This document shows positions 26,743-38,955 of a stretch of DNA of 64,000 bases, piece after piece (position 1 is the first letter of the stretch; every line of letters starts with the position of its first letter). The notes beneath the pieces were generated by a model that was not told the DNA's origin, ran no database searches, and saw only the letters and a list, made by a program, of their open reading frames with translations. This DNA is from Octopus bimaculoides (Eukaryota): positions 12,967,445-13,031,444 of the forward strand of contig NC_068991.1 in assembly GCF_001194135.2 (NCBI RefSeq), in the 5' to 3' direction. The position numbers and the translations under genes are program-made.

Positions 26743-27167
26743 TTAACCCCTTAGCATCCAAATTACTGTCAAATGTAACATTTATTTGCATTGTTTTGAA
26801 TTAATCATACATTATCTCATAGCTTTGATTGTTTGAGCCTCGTGATTGTTTATTTTGAGAATGACATTGCAGAGTAGGCGTGAAAGTCCAGATCTGGCCA
26901 GTTTGAACATAAAACAGGTAGACCATTTGGCGAGCTGGCAGAAACATTATTAGCATGCTGGGCTAACGGTATTTCATTTGCTGTTACGTTCTGAATTCAA
27001 ATTCCGCTGAAGTCGACTTTGCCGTTCAGCCTTTCGGGGTCGATTAAATAAGTACCAGTTACGCACTGGGGTCGATGTAATCGACTTAATCCCTTTGTCT
27101 GTCCTTATTTGTCCCCTCTATGTTTAGTCCCCTGTGGGCAATAAAGAAATAAATACTAAAGGGTTAA
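26743..27167. mobile_element. piggyBac-type MITE family P1 interrupted by a family-B SINE (~26929-27150)
   Basis: TTAA-ccccttagca ... tactaaaggg-TTAA; further P1 copies at 28640-28865 (inverted), 39213-39437 and fragments at 18520-18860. Confidence 0.8.
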
Positions 27168-27466
27168 ATCATTCCCTGGGTCATTACTATACCTTTTCTT
27201 TCTATAGAAGTATATAAGCATATGTTTCACCATCTGGTGATTGCCACTTTAATGTGAAATTTGAAGTAATGACTAGTTACCATCTGTAACTTTAAACACA
27301 ATATAGATTTTACTCTACTGTATATATATTGAATACCTTTTTACCTTCTTTGTACCACTAATTGCAAGCAAAATACCTTCTCTCACTCTCTGTCTCTCTC
27401 TTATTGTTTTACCTACACAGCATCTTCTAAACAATCATTTAGGTGCATAGAGATTATTAAAATGTT

Positions 27467-27771
27467 GTATTTGGGGATGGTCATGTTGCCAGTTTAGCCA
27501 ATAAAAACACACGCACTGTATATTTGGTGTTAATTTGCTTCAGCTTTATATTACATTACATTACATTAATCATATTTCGGCCAGAGTTCTTTCGTCACAC
27601 TTCTGTGACCTCATCAGTAGTCCTTTGCTTTCTTCTTTCTTATATGTGTGTCCCTCCTGCTAACGATCAGCTTATTGGCTAAACTGGCAACACGACCATC
27701 CCCAAATACAACAACAACTGTTTCAACACACGATTTCACATCAAAAATCTTGCAAAACAAATATATAAACG
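27467..27771. mobile_element. Inverted-repeat mini-element carrying a hammerhead motif
   Basis: 40-bp inverted repeat with 1 mismatch (27465-27504 / 27672-27711); 15-bp direct repeat gattattaaaatgtt at 27452-27466 and 27772-27786. Confidence 0.75.
27579..27623 (-). ncRNA. Minimal type I hammerhead ribozyme motif
   Basis: Minus strand GGACUA-CUGAUGA-G-GUCACA-GAAG-UGUGAC-GAAA-GAAC-UC-UGGCC: intact core, 6-bp stem II, very short stem III, 5-bp stem I with one bulge. Confidence 0.55.
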
Positions 27772-28401
27772 GATTATTAAAATGTTATGTATAAATTATT
27801 TACAATCTCATTATCACTGTCATTGATAAACCCTTTTCAGTGTTTCTAGTTTCTTTGATTCTGAACACCTACCTCCAAAGGTACCAGTAGATAATGCACA
27901 AAGTTAGTTGCTCTTTTGTGTGTACCTTTTCCTTTATTAGTGTACAAAACACTTGGTTAAGGGTGAAAAGCAAAAAAAAAAAAAGAAAAAAAGGCTTTAA
28001 AAATTGTTATCTTTTTAATAAGCTTCAGTTTCAGATTTTTGTTTAATTATCTTAAAGCACTTTTGTCAAATTGACCAATTTTTTTAATGACAATTATGGT
28101 TGTATTCGACTATTTGAATTTTTGAGTTATTTACAAGATGAATTACCATCACAAAAGAATCTTGCCTTTATGTTATAGCCATAAATGCCATTTGAAAATT
28201 ACTGTACTTGTACTTTATAAAGTCGTTTGGGTTTTATGTTCGTGTGTGTATTCATAATTAAATTTCTGTCGAAATACAACATTCCTTTTCAATAATGACC
28301 TCAATTTACATTTTTTATTATATATTTGAATTAATAAATTGGAATTTCTCTTTATAAAATCGCTTTTGCTATATCAGAGAAGTATATTTTATTTATTTAA
28401 A

Positions 28402-28435
<34 letters not shown>

Positions 28436-29024
28436 GTATGGATCACATTGATATATTTTTTGTATCTTAAATTTCAATTTCTTTTTCTTTAATTCAGAAT
28501 TGATTTTTTTATTTATTTACAAATGATATGATTTAATGATATTTTTTTTGTTGTGCATAGAAATAGCATAAATTTGCAAATCCACCCCACCACCATCACC
28601 ATTTCAGGGTGAATGAAGGCTGCTGTTCTGAAGAGGTGTTTAACCATTTAGTATTTAAACCAGTCATATTCACCCAAAAAATATTCTACCTGTTTTATCT
28701 TCAAACTGGTCAGATCTAGCCTCTCACACCCACCCTACACTGTCATTCTAAAAAATTGTCACATCATTGAAATCTCAAAGCTACGAGATATGCCTGATTA
28801 ATTCAAAACAATGTGAATAAATGAGGTTTGCATTTCACAGGGTAATCGGAATGCCGAAGGGTTAAGGTGGAGAGTTAGCAGAGATAGCAGCGTGTGACAC
28901 CAAATTGCATTGTTGTAGTTTTTTTCTTCTTATGGTCATCGTCATTAATATTGTCAATTCTTGTCATTGAGTTGCAAAAAGACACAATGGCTGTGAAGCT
29001 GAGTTCCTGGACTACGATCATATT

Positions 29025-29447
29025 CTTTTATTCTTTTACATGTTTTCAGTCATTTGACTGTGGCTATGCTGGAGCACCACCTTTAGTTGAGTAAATCGAC
29101 CCTAGAATTTTTTTTGTAAGCCCAGTACTTATTCTATCGGCCTCTTTTGCCGAACCACTAAGTTACAGGGGCGTAAACACACCAGCATCGGTTGCCAAGC
29201 AATGTTTGCAGGGGTGGCAAACACAGACACACAAACATATATACACAACACACACACACACACACACACACACAGATACGTATATGACGAGCTTCTTTCA
29301 GTTTCCGTCTACCCAATCCACTCACAAGGCTTTAGTCAGCCCGAGGCTATAGTAAAAGACACTTGCCCAAGGTGCCACGCAGTGGGACTGAACCCGGAAC
29401 CATGTGGTTGGGAAGCAAGGTACTTACCACACAGCCACTCCTGTGCC
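29025..29447 (-). mobile_element. SINE family A
   Basis: Similarity to other copies. Confidence 0.88.
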
Positions 29448-29873
29448 TGCCACACACACTCGGCTTTGTGTTGTTCCTCTGTTAAAGCATCTGACTCTGC
29501 TCTAGTTCAGTTTCTGAACAAGCAGAATAGGGGTGGTTTGGTCGGGGTGCAGACATTTTGTTGTGGCTGTGTCTTCTGTAGCACGGAAGGCATTCAGCCA
29601 TAAAAACAATTGCTCTAATGTACAAATCATCTCATCCAGTAAAGCATGGGAATATAGATACAACAAAAGATTAGTGACCTTGTGAAATTGCTACTGCTGT
29701 TATTGGGATCACTGGAGTCAGCAGAAATATGGTTGAGTGCCAGACTAAGGGGTTAACTTCCCATTTTATTCCTTTGGGGTCAGTAAAAGAAGTACCAGTA
29801 ATATACTTGAAGATACTGTTCATTACTGCATCCTTTCCTTTGCAATTTGTTGCATTGTAATCTATGCAATAAA

Positions 29874-30037
29874 TAGGCGCAGGAGTGGCTGTGTGGTAAG
29901 TAGCTTGCTTGCCAACCACATGGTTCCAGGTTCAGTCCCACTGCGTGGCACCTCGGGCAAGTGTCTTCTACTATAGCCTCGGGCCGACCAAGGCCTTGTG
30001 AGTGCATTTGGTAGACGGAAACTGAAAGAAGCCCATC

Positions 30038-30089
<52 letters not shown>

Positions 30090-30318
30090 GCATATATATA
30101 TATGCATGTATATGTTTGTGTGTCTGTGTTTGTCACCTCAACATCGCTCGAAAACCGATGCTGTGGTGTGTTTACGTCCCCGTAACATAGCGGTTCGGCA
30201 AAAAGAGACCGATAGAATAAGTACTAGGTTTACAAAGAATAAGTCCTGGGGTCGATTTGCTCGACTAAAGGTGGTGCTCCAGCATGGCCGCAGTCAAATG
30301 ACTGAAACAAAAGAGTAA
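29874..30318 (+). mobile_element. SINE family A
   Basis: Similarity to other copies. Confidence 0.88.
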
Positions 30319-30329
30319 AAAGTAGGTAT

Positions 30330-31870
30330 TATTAATTGGTAGAATTGGTAGAGCTGCCGACAAAAGGTTATGTGGTATTTGATTATGCCATTTTAGATTC
30401 TGATTTCAAATCTCATGATGGTCAGCTTTGCTTTTTGTCCTCAGAGTGGGTGGCATTGGGACGGTGATTAAAATAAAGTACTTTTTAAATATTGGGGTTG
30501 GTATGATTGACTGCAATCTCTCTAAACTTTGGTGCAATTGGTAGTAACCTTGCAATCGATGGTGACCTTGGTAATCATTGTTTTAGTTCTTCACGTTCTG
30601 AGTTCAAATCCCATCAAGGTCAAACTTTGTTTTTCATCCTTCCAGGGTTGCTAAAATAAAGTACCAGCCATGTACTTGAAGTCATTTTGATAGATCCCCT
30701 CCTCAATTTCTGCCTTAATAACAATTTCTTACATAGGTACTATCATTATTGTAAGTATAGTGTATTAGCAAAATTGTTAGAGCACTAGACAAAAAAATAA
30801 ATAAATAAATAAAAACCCTGTGTTATTTGTTCTGGCTTTGTATATTCTGAGTTCAAATCCTGCTGGGTTAACTTTGTCTTTTATCCTTCAGAAATCAAAA
30901 TGAAGTATCACCCAAATACTAGGGGGCAATATAATCAACAAAGCACCTTCCAGCCAAATTTCTGGCCCTGATCCAATATTAGAAACTAAACAGGCTGGGC
31001 AAATGCTTAGTAGCATTTCTTCTGGCTTTTTACATTCTAAGTTCAAATCCCGCTCAAGTTAACTTCGCAATTCATCCTTACAAGTCAAATATTGGGGTTG
31101 ATGAAACCCCATCTCTTTAAAATTGCTGGCTTTATGCCAAAATTTGAAACCATTATTAATGTTATTATTATTGTAGATTTCAAGATGTTTTTCATATTAT
31201 TAACTTTTTTTTCTTGTTTTCAATACAGTTGTACTCTATGGATGCACCTGATTTTTCAATCATGGTCAGTTTATCAGTTTCGTTTCAATTTTGCATGGTC
31301 AAGTACAATGTTTTGTTCTAGATGTTTCATGTTCTTTGTGGTCATTATTAAGATCGACGAGCCCCCTTTCCCTAAGTTCCCAGCCTTGTGCCCACAGTAG
31401 AAAGGATTATTATTATTAAGGCGTCGAGCTGGCAGAATTGTTAGCACGCCGGGCATATTGCTTAGCGGCATTTCACCCATCTGCACATTCTGACTTTGAA
31501 TCCCGCTGAGTGCCTTTCATCCTCTCGGGGTTGCTAAAATAAGTACCAGTTGTATACTGGGGTTGATGTAATTGACTTATTCCCTACCCCAAAATTGCTG
31601 GTCTTGTGCAAAATTTGAAACCATTATTATTATTATTATTATTATTGTGGTGAGCTGGCAGAATCGTTAGCATGCTGGGTGAAATGCTTAGCGGTATTTC
31701 ATCTGACACTGCGTTCTGAGTTCAGATTCCACCGAGGTCGACATTGCCTTTCATCCTTTCAGGGTCGATAAATTAAGAACCAGTTGCATACTGGAGTCGA
31801 TGTAATCGACTTGTCCCCTCCCCCCCAAATTGCTGTCCTTGTAGCAAAATTTGAAACCATTATTATTATT
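30330..31870 (+). mobile_element. Cluster of head-to-tail family-B-related SINEs of mixed age
   Basis: Repeated ttctgagttcaaat...ctttcatcct...taagtacca cores; best copies 31418-31620 and 31645-31860, separated by (att)n. Confidence 0.75.
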
Positions 31871-34014
31871 GTTTTGTTTTAAGCCCATTTTTCTGGTCTC
31901 TCTCTGTTCAATATGTTGGATGGATCTGTACATTCGAAAATCACCAAATATTCAGGTTGTTGTTATTGTTGTTTAAAACCCAAGTCATCCCTGGTTGAGC
32001 AGATAGATATGTAATCAGATGTATTACAGCTATGACCATCCCATATTCTCTTCCAGATATGCATTAAGGACAACACTGCCTAATGGTCTATTCCTTTTTT
32101 AAGATAGCTGAGTGTGATTCGAGGAAGGTTTTACTGCTGTTGCTATTCCTAGCAAATTGAACAGCTGTATAGAGTCTTACTTCATTGTCTCATCAAAGAG
32201 GTGTTGACTTAAGACAAGTGTTCTGCCTTTGATCAGTTGCTCTAAGTGAGTGTTTGCTCAGCATTGAACCCATTGTTATGGATTTTGGTTTGTCTTTGGG
32301 TATAGTGGAGTTAATTCTGATGAACATAAGTTGTAATTTGTGTTGTAATATCATTGTCGTAATGTCTGCATGATAGTTGTTTGGTGGGTGTAATGTTGTG
32401 GTATTTTATTGCATTTGTGTAATTTTGTTTCTTACAGGGATTAATTAAATGACTCATAACTATTTCAAACTGGATTTATGTTGTTCTCTTCATGATCATC
32501 TCGATCATCACTATATGTATTTTTTTTTTATTATTTGTGGTTAGAGAAATACACAATCAGTTTCTTTTCTTACATTGAAAGGAATTAAGAAAATTTTAGA
32601 AAACATATATAAAACTGTTTAACAAAGGTTAAACAATAATATTTTCTGGAACGTGCCTATGTCTGTCCTTAAAGATAGCCAGGCAGCCTGTTAGTGTTTT
32701 CACAACGTGGTCATGTATCTGTTCAGTTGTACCTGTTGCAAACAAAATGGTTGACATTCCCAAACTAAGTTCGTGTATTTTCTTATATTTTCAGATTTCT
32801 TGTCTACAACATTATAGTCATTTGGTGTTGTTGCTTTTTTGCTTATTCACATGTTAGTCATTTATTCCATGGAAGATCTCTGGCTTATTTACATGCTATG
32901 GTCTATCTTCATACTGAAATTTTGATTTTGTACTTTGACCCTTCCAGGGTTGTTAAATACCTGTCATGCACTTGGGTCATTCTTAATTGGTTTTTCACCC
33001 TTGTACCAAATTTGAGACTTTCTGCCTTTGTTAGAAATTATCTTCATCATTATTAAAATTGACCATGGTACTAAAAATAAAGTGCAGTTTTTAGTTGTTT
33101 CCTCGTATTCCGAGTTCAAATCATAATGGAGCTGCCCTAGCCTTTTTATCCCTCCTATGGTTAATAAAAATAAGAGTACTAGTAATGTACTGAGTTAACT
33201 GATTGCAGTAACCTTCTAAATTTGTAACCATATACCTTTGTAAGGAATCATCATCATTAATGTTAGAATGGTGCCAAATTCCTTAGTATTGTGAGTTCAG
33301 GTACTGGTAGAGTTGATTTCATTTTTAAATGAGTTACCAGTACTAGTATATGTAGGAAATTTGTATTGATTTAATTTGTTACACTCTTTCCCTCATTTTT
33401 TATTACCGTTATTGTTATTATTATTGAGTGAGAGAGCAGTGCATGCCATCAAAGTGACACTGGGGTAAAATATACGAAGCCCAGTATACCCATCATGACT
33501 ACCCATCTGATAAGGGTACACCAGGCGCATGCATCACAACCATATGTGGCTCGACATGGTGATCTCACATCAAGATAAACAGCATGTGACCTTGCAAATG
33601 TAGTTTAGAAACAAGCAAGCACTGATTGAGCAAACCTATGAACAAAAATGTTCCAGTGTGTGCGTCTGTGTGTGGTCGGAGAAGCATGGCTCCATGGTCA
33701 AGAAGTTAACTGTGCAATAATGAAGTCTTGTGTTTAGATATCACTATACCTCACCTTCAGCAATTCTCTTCTACTCTTATTTTTGTGAATGGAATTGAGT
33801 AGGTGGAAAGTATATTGATGCAAAAATATACCAGATGGATTGTGTTAAGTGCAGATTATGAATATCATTGTGGAATGCTCTTTGATTTAGTGAATAGTTT
33901 GTTTTATGGATTGTTCAACTGAAGACTCATCATGGAACCCAGTGTGAGATCCATTTTTCATTTCTGTCTGTATGTTTCAGGAGATGAAATAGAGGAAGAA
34001 GAAAAGGAAGAGGT

Positions 34015-34049
<35 letters not shown>

Positions 34050-35071
34050 GTTATTGAAGTGATTGATATCCTGATTTGCTAGATATTCACTATCTGATTA
34101 AATCTAAAAAAAAAAAAAAAACCCAGACAGTGCTGACCAAAAAACATTGTTATTTTTTGTTTTTATGCCTATCATAGTTGAAATCTTATTTGGACGTTAC
34201 ACATTAAACGTATTTAAGGAAAATATCGGGTGTAGAAAAATGAAATGGTGTTGATCTGTTGTTGACAGGGATGTGTAGTGACCTCATAAATCTAATAGAA
34301 TTAAATAATTGGTATTATATTCGAAGAGATGACAGCTATGAATTGATCATTTTGTTCCTTCATAAATGTCNNNNNNNNNNNNNNNNNNNNNNNNNNNNNN
34401 NNNNNNNNNNNNNNNNNNNNNNNNNNNNNNNNNNNNNNNNNNNNNNNNNNNNNNNNNNNNNNNNNNNNNNNNNNNNNNNNNNNNNNNNNNNNNNNNNNNN
34501 NNNNNNNNNNNNNNNNNNNNNNNNNNNNNNNNNNNNNNNNNNNNNNNNNNNNNNNNNNNNNNNNNNNNNNNNNNNNNNNNNNNNNNNNNNNNNNNNNNNN
34601 NNNNNNNNNNNNNNNNNNNNNNNNNNNNNNNNNNNNNNNNNNNNNNNNNNNNNNNNNNNNNNNNNNNNNNNNNNNNNNNNNNNNNNNNNNNNNNNNNNNN
34701 NNNNNNNNNNNNNNNNNNNNNNNNNNNNNNNNNNNNNNNNNNNNNNNNNNNNNNNNNNNNNNNNNNNNNNNNNNNNNNNNNNNNNNNNNNNNNNNNNNNN
34801 NNNNNNNNNNNNNNNNNNNNNNNNNNNNNNNNNNNNNNNNNNNNNNNNNNNNNNNNNNNNNNNNNNNNNNNNNNNNNNNNNNNNNNNNNNNNNNNNNNNN
34901 NAAATGGAAATTATTTCTATATTTTATAGCAGAGAATTTGTTATGGGGTTTAGAAATGTTATCCTTCTTTTTGTAAACTTCGTTTTTATATTTTATATCG
35001 AAAATAGTTTAGTTTTAGAATTAAAATATTAAGTTACTGAGCAAATTGATTGTAATTTCAAATATTGCATT

Positions 35072-35113
<42 letters not shown>

Positions 35114-36298
35114 TTTTGTAAATACATCATGAGCAATTTGTGCTTATGTGTTTTATTTGAATATTCGTAAATGGCATAATAAAATCATCTTCGCGAATTC
35201 TTGTTTTCATACAGCTCTGCTCCAGAATTTCTTTTTTGAGCTGTTCTGAAATCAATATATTGATTTTAATTTTCTGTAGCTAAATTTTGACACTATTTTA
35301 AATATGTGTTTGCAACTGTTATATGTTGTATGATTACAGAAAAACTTTGTTTCAAATAGCTATTACAATTTTTTGTTTTTATGACTTACTATTATTTTGG
35401 TTTTATTGCTCTTAATATTTGTTTTTACATAGATTTTAAGTTTTGGATGTCATTTGATTGAGAAGATTAATGTTAATAAAAGTATTAGCTTCTAGTTTAT
35501 CTAGTTCTGTTTTTAAATATCCATCAGTTATTATTGCTGTCACAAATGCTAAACTTTTTTTTTTTAACCTAAGTTTCTAGAATCCACGTAATTGTTTTCA
35601 TTGAACTTCATATATTTCATTTGTTTTGCTTTCGTATATTTTAGCTTTTATTGTCTTGCTGCTTTTGATACATATAAAGTACATTGTGAATTGTTTATCC
35701 TTGTGTTCGGCTTAATATTAAAATATTTCTGGGTGCAATTATTTGTTTGATAAACAAACAAATTATGAATATAATATCGATGCAAGCATGATTGTGTTGC
35801 TGTGAAGTGAACCCGACAACCTTATGGGTTTCAGGTTTGGTCCAACTAGGTGGGGTTCAAGCAAGAGTTTTGGGATGACTAATGCTCTTTGAGCAGAAAT
35901 AGGTAGACAGAATTTTGCAGAGAACCTGTTGTGTACACACATACACACACGCTCATGTGTGCGTGTGTGTGTTTATTCTGTATGTCTTTGTTAACACTGT
36001 GTGTTCTCAAGTAAACAAAACTCTGATTGTTCAGGGCTTTCTTTGGTTTCAACGTGTGAAGACCATTAGAATTTGGAAACAAATACTTTATTTTGAAAAG
36101 CAAGTAAGAGTTGGTAACAGGAAAAACATCTGGCTTTTGAAAAATCTGCCTCAATATTGAAGTCACATCTAACCCATGCTAACATGGTAAAATGGACATT
36201 AAAAAATGATGATCATGAGTATTAAAACAAAAAAAAAAATCCAAATATTTAAAACCATATTCTTGGTGAAGAATAATATCTAAATTCCAAGTTGCTTT

Positions 36299-36334
<36 letters not shown>

Positions 36335-37104
36335 TGCATATAGGCGCAGGCGTGGTTGTGTGGTAAGTAGCTTGCTTACCAGCCAGATGCTTCCGGGTTC
36401 AGTCCCACTGTGTGGCACCTTGGGCAAGTGTCTTCTACTATAGCCTCGGGTCGACCAAAGCCTTGTGAGTGTCTACCAGATTGTAAGTGAAATCTGGTAG
36501 ACAGAACTATATGAAAGCCTGTTGTAGTCCCTTTTATTGAAGCTGAAAGTCTTGCTCAAGCTTCATGTCATTGTGGTCTTCAAGCAAAAATAGTGGCATG
36601 AAATTGGAAATGCAAGACAGACACTCAGTTTCAATATCATTTAAAAAAAAAAGAAAGAAAAAGAAATGTATTGATTGATTACTTCTTTCTCATTCATCCA
36701 ACTTAAACCAAAGTATGTGCGTTTCCTCATGTCACTACTTGAGCAAATGGTGGTGACTGTAGTTACAGCTCATAAACAACATGTCCCATTTCTTGTTGGT
36801 TTTCACCATGTGTTACAAACAACCAGTCGAATAAAAGTATCTTACATGAAAAACAAGGAGTGGTAAACAAGAAGGGGTATTTGGCTGTTAAATATTGCTT
36901 TAGCTACTCTTGTCCAACTCATGCTAGCATGGAAAAAAGCATATGTTAATAATAATAATATGATGATGATGATGATGATGGTAGTGGTAGTTGTAGTAGT
37001 GATTAAGCATATTGTTTTCTTGAGATAATGCATAGGAATGCTTGTAAACTCTGAAAATAAACTGCAAAATTTTTTACTGCTATCACTTATAGTTTATCTG
37101 CAAT

Positions 37105-37140
<36 letters not shown>

Positions 37141-37666
37141 GATTCCATTGTCCTTTTAACACATGCACACACCTACCCTTACCCCTACCCTATCTGGCTT
37201 TTCCCCCCTCAGCATTGACATTTCACAATCTTTGTATCTTCTTGCTAAGGAAAAAAAAAAAAAAAAAAAAAAAATTTATAATATTTCATTATTCACTGAT
37301 AAGATTTTCCAGCTGCAAATTTATTGGGTATTTTTAAAATTATGTTTTCCATTTAATAACATTTATTGACTTGATGTGAAAATTTTGAACATATTTTAGA
37401 AACTATTATTAATAACACTCGCACCTTAGCAAAGATAGTTAACTTTGTGGAAATAATTTTTCAATGCAGTGTTCTAACTGAAATTTATCATAAATAGGTA
37501 TTGATTTCTAATGTAAACACAAGGCTTCAAGATTGGGGTGTATGGATAAATGGAGTTGATCAAATTGATGGAAGTTACACAAACTGCTATTATTTTATTG
37601 ACTCCCCATAAGCTATAGTCAACCTTGGTGGGATTTGAACTCAGAATCTAAAAGTATGAAATGAAA

Positions 37667-37822
37667 GGAGTGGCTCTGTGGTAAGTAGCTTGCCAACCAA
37701 CCACATGGTTCCAGGTTCAGTCCCACTGCGTGGCACCTTGGCCAAGTGTCTTCTACTATAGCCTCGGGCCGACCAAAGCCTTGTGAGTGGATTTGGTAGA
37801 CGGAAACTGAAAGAAGCCCATC

Positions 37823-37859
<37 letters not shown>

Positions 37860-38955
37860 AAAATGAAAAATAATAATAAGGGAGAATGCTAAACTGGAAG
37901 CATATTTTAATAAAGATTTCTAANNNNNNNNNNNNNNNNNNNNNNNNNNNNNNNNNNNNNNNNNNNNNNNNNNNNNNNNNNNNNNNNNNNNNNNNNNNNN
38001 NNNNNNNNNNNNNNNNNNNNNNNNNNNNNNNNNNNNNNNNNNNNNNNNNNNNNNNNNNNNNNNNNNNNNNNNNNNNNNNNNNNNNNNNNNNNNNNNNNNN
38101 NNNNNNNNNNNNNNNNNNNNNNNNNNNNNNNNNNNNNNNNNNNNNNNNNNNNNNNNNNNNNNNNNNNNNNNNNNNNNNNNNNNNNNNNNNNNNNNNNNNN
38201 NNNNNNNNNNNNNNNNNNNNNNNNNNNNNNNNNNNNNNNNNNNNNNNNNNNNNNNNNNNNNNNNNNNNNNNNNNNNNNNNNNNNNNNNNNNNNNNNNNNN
38301 NNNNNNNNNNNNNNNNNNNNNNNNNNNNNNNNNNNNNNNNNNNNNNNNNNNNNNNNNNNNNNNNNNNNNNNNNNNNNNNNNNNNNNNNNNNNNNNNNNNN
38401 NNNNNNNNNNNNNNNNNNNNNNNNNNNNNNNNNNNNNNNNNNNNNNNNNNNNNNNNNNNNNNNNNNNNNNNNNNNNNNNNNNNNNNNNNNNNNNNNNNNN
38501 NNNNNNNNNNNNNNNNNNNNNNNNNNNNNNNNNNNNNNNNNNNNNNNNNNNNNNNNNNNNNNNNNNNNNNNNNNNNNNNNNNNNNNNNNNNNNNNNNNNN
38601 NNNNNNNNNNNNNNNNNNNNNNNNNNNNNNNNNNNNNNNNNNNNNNNNNNNNNNNNNNNNNNNNNNNNNNNNNNNNNNNNNNNNNNNNNNNNNNNNNNNN
38701 NNNNNNNNNATATATATATATATATATAACCCGAACGGACCCATGTATGTGTGTGTATATGTTTGTGTCCTCCCCCCCCAACATTGCTTGACATTGACGC
38801 TAGTGTGTTTACGCCCCGTAACTTAGCGATTCAGCATAAGAGACTGATAGAATAAGTACTAGGCCTACAAAGAATAAGTCTTGGGGTCGATTTGCTCGAC
38901 TAAAGGCGGTGCTCCAGCATGACCACAGTCAAAATAACTGAAACGAATAAAAGAA
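37667..38955 (+). mobile_element. SINE family A split at its microsatellite by other sequence and an N gap
   Basis: 5' half 37667-37825, 3' half ~38750-38955. Confidence 0.75.

Noticed and set aside
33981-34047. Acidic exon-like stretch GDEIEEEEKEEVESERER
   Set aside because: Grades into a (GA)n microsatellite; low complexity explains it.
37756-38794. Long track ORFs (up to 342 aa) here and at other gaps
   Set aside because: They consist of X residues from N runs plus microsatellite translation.
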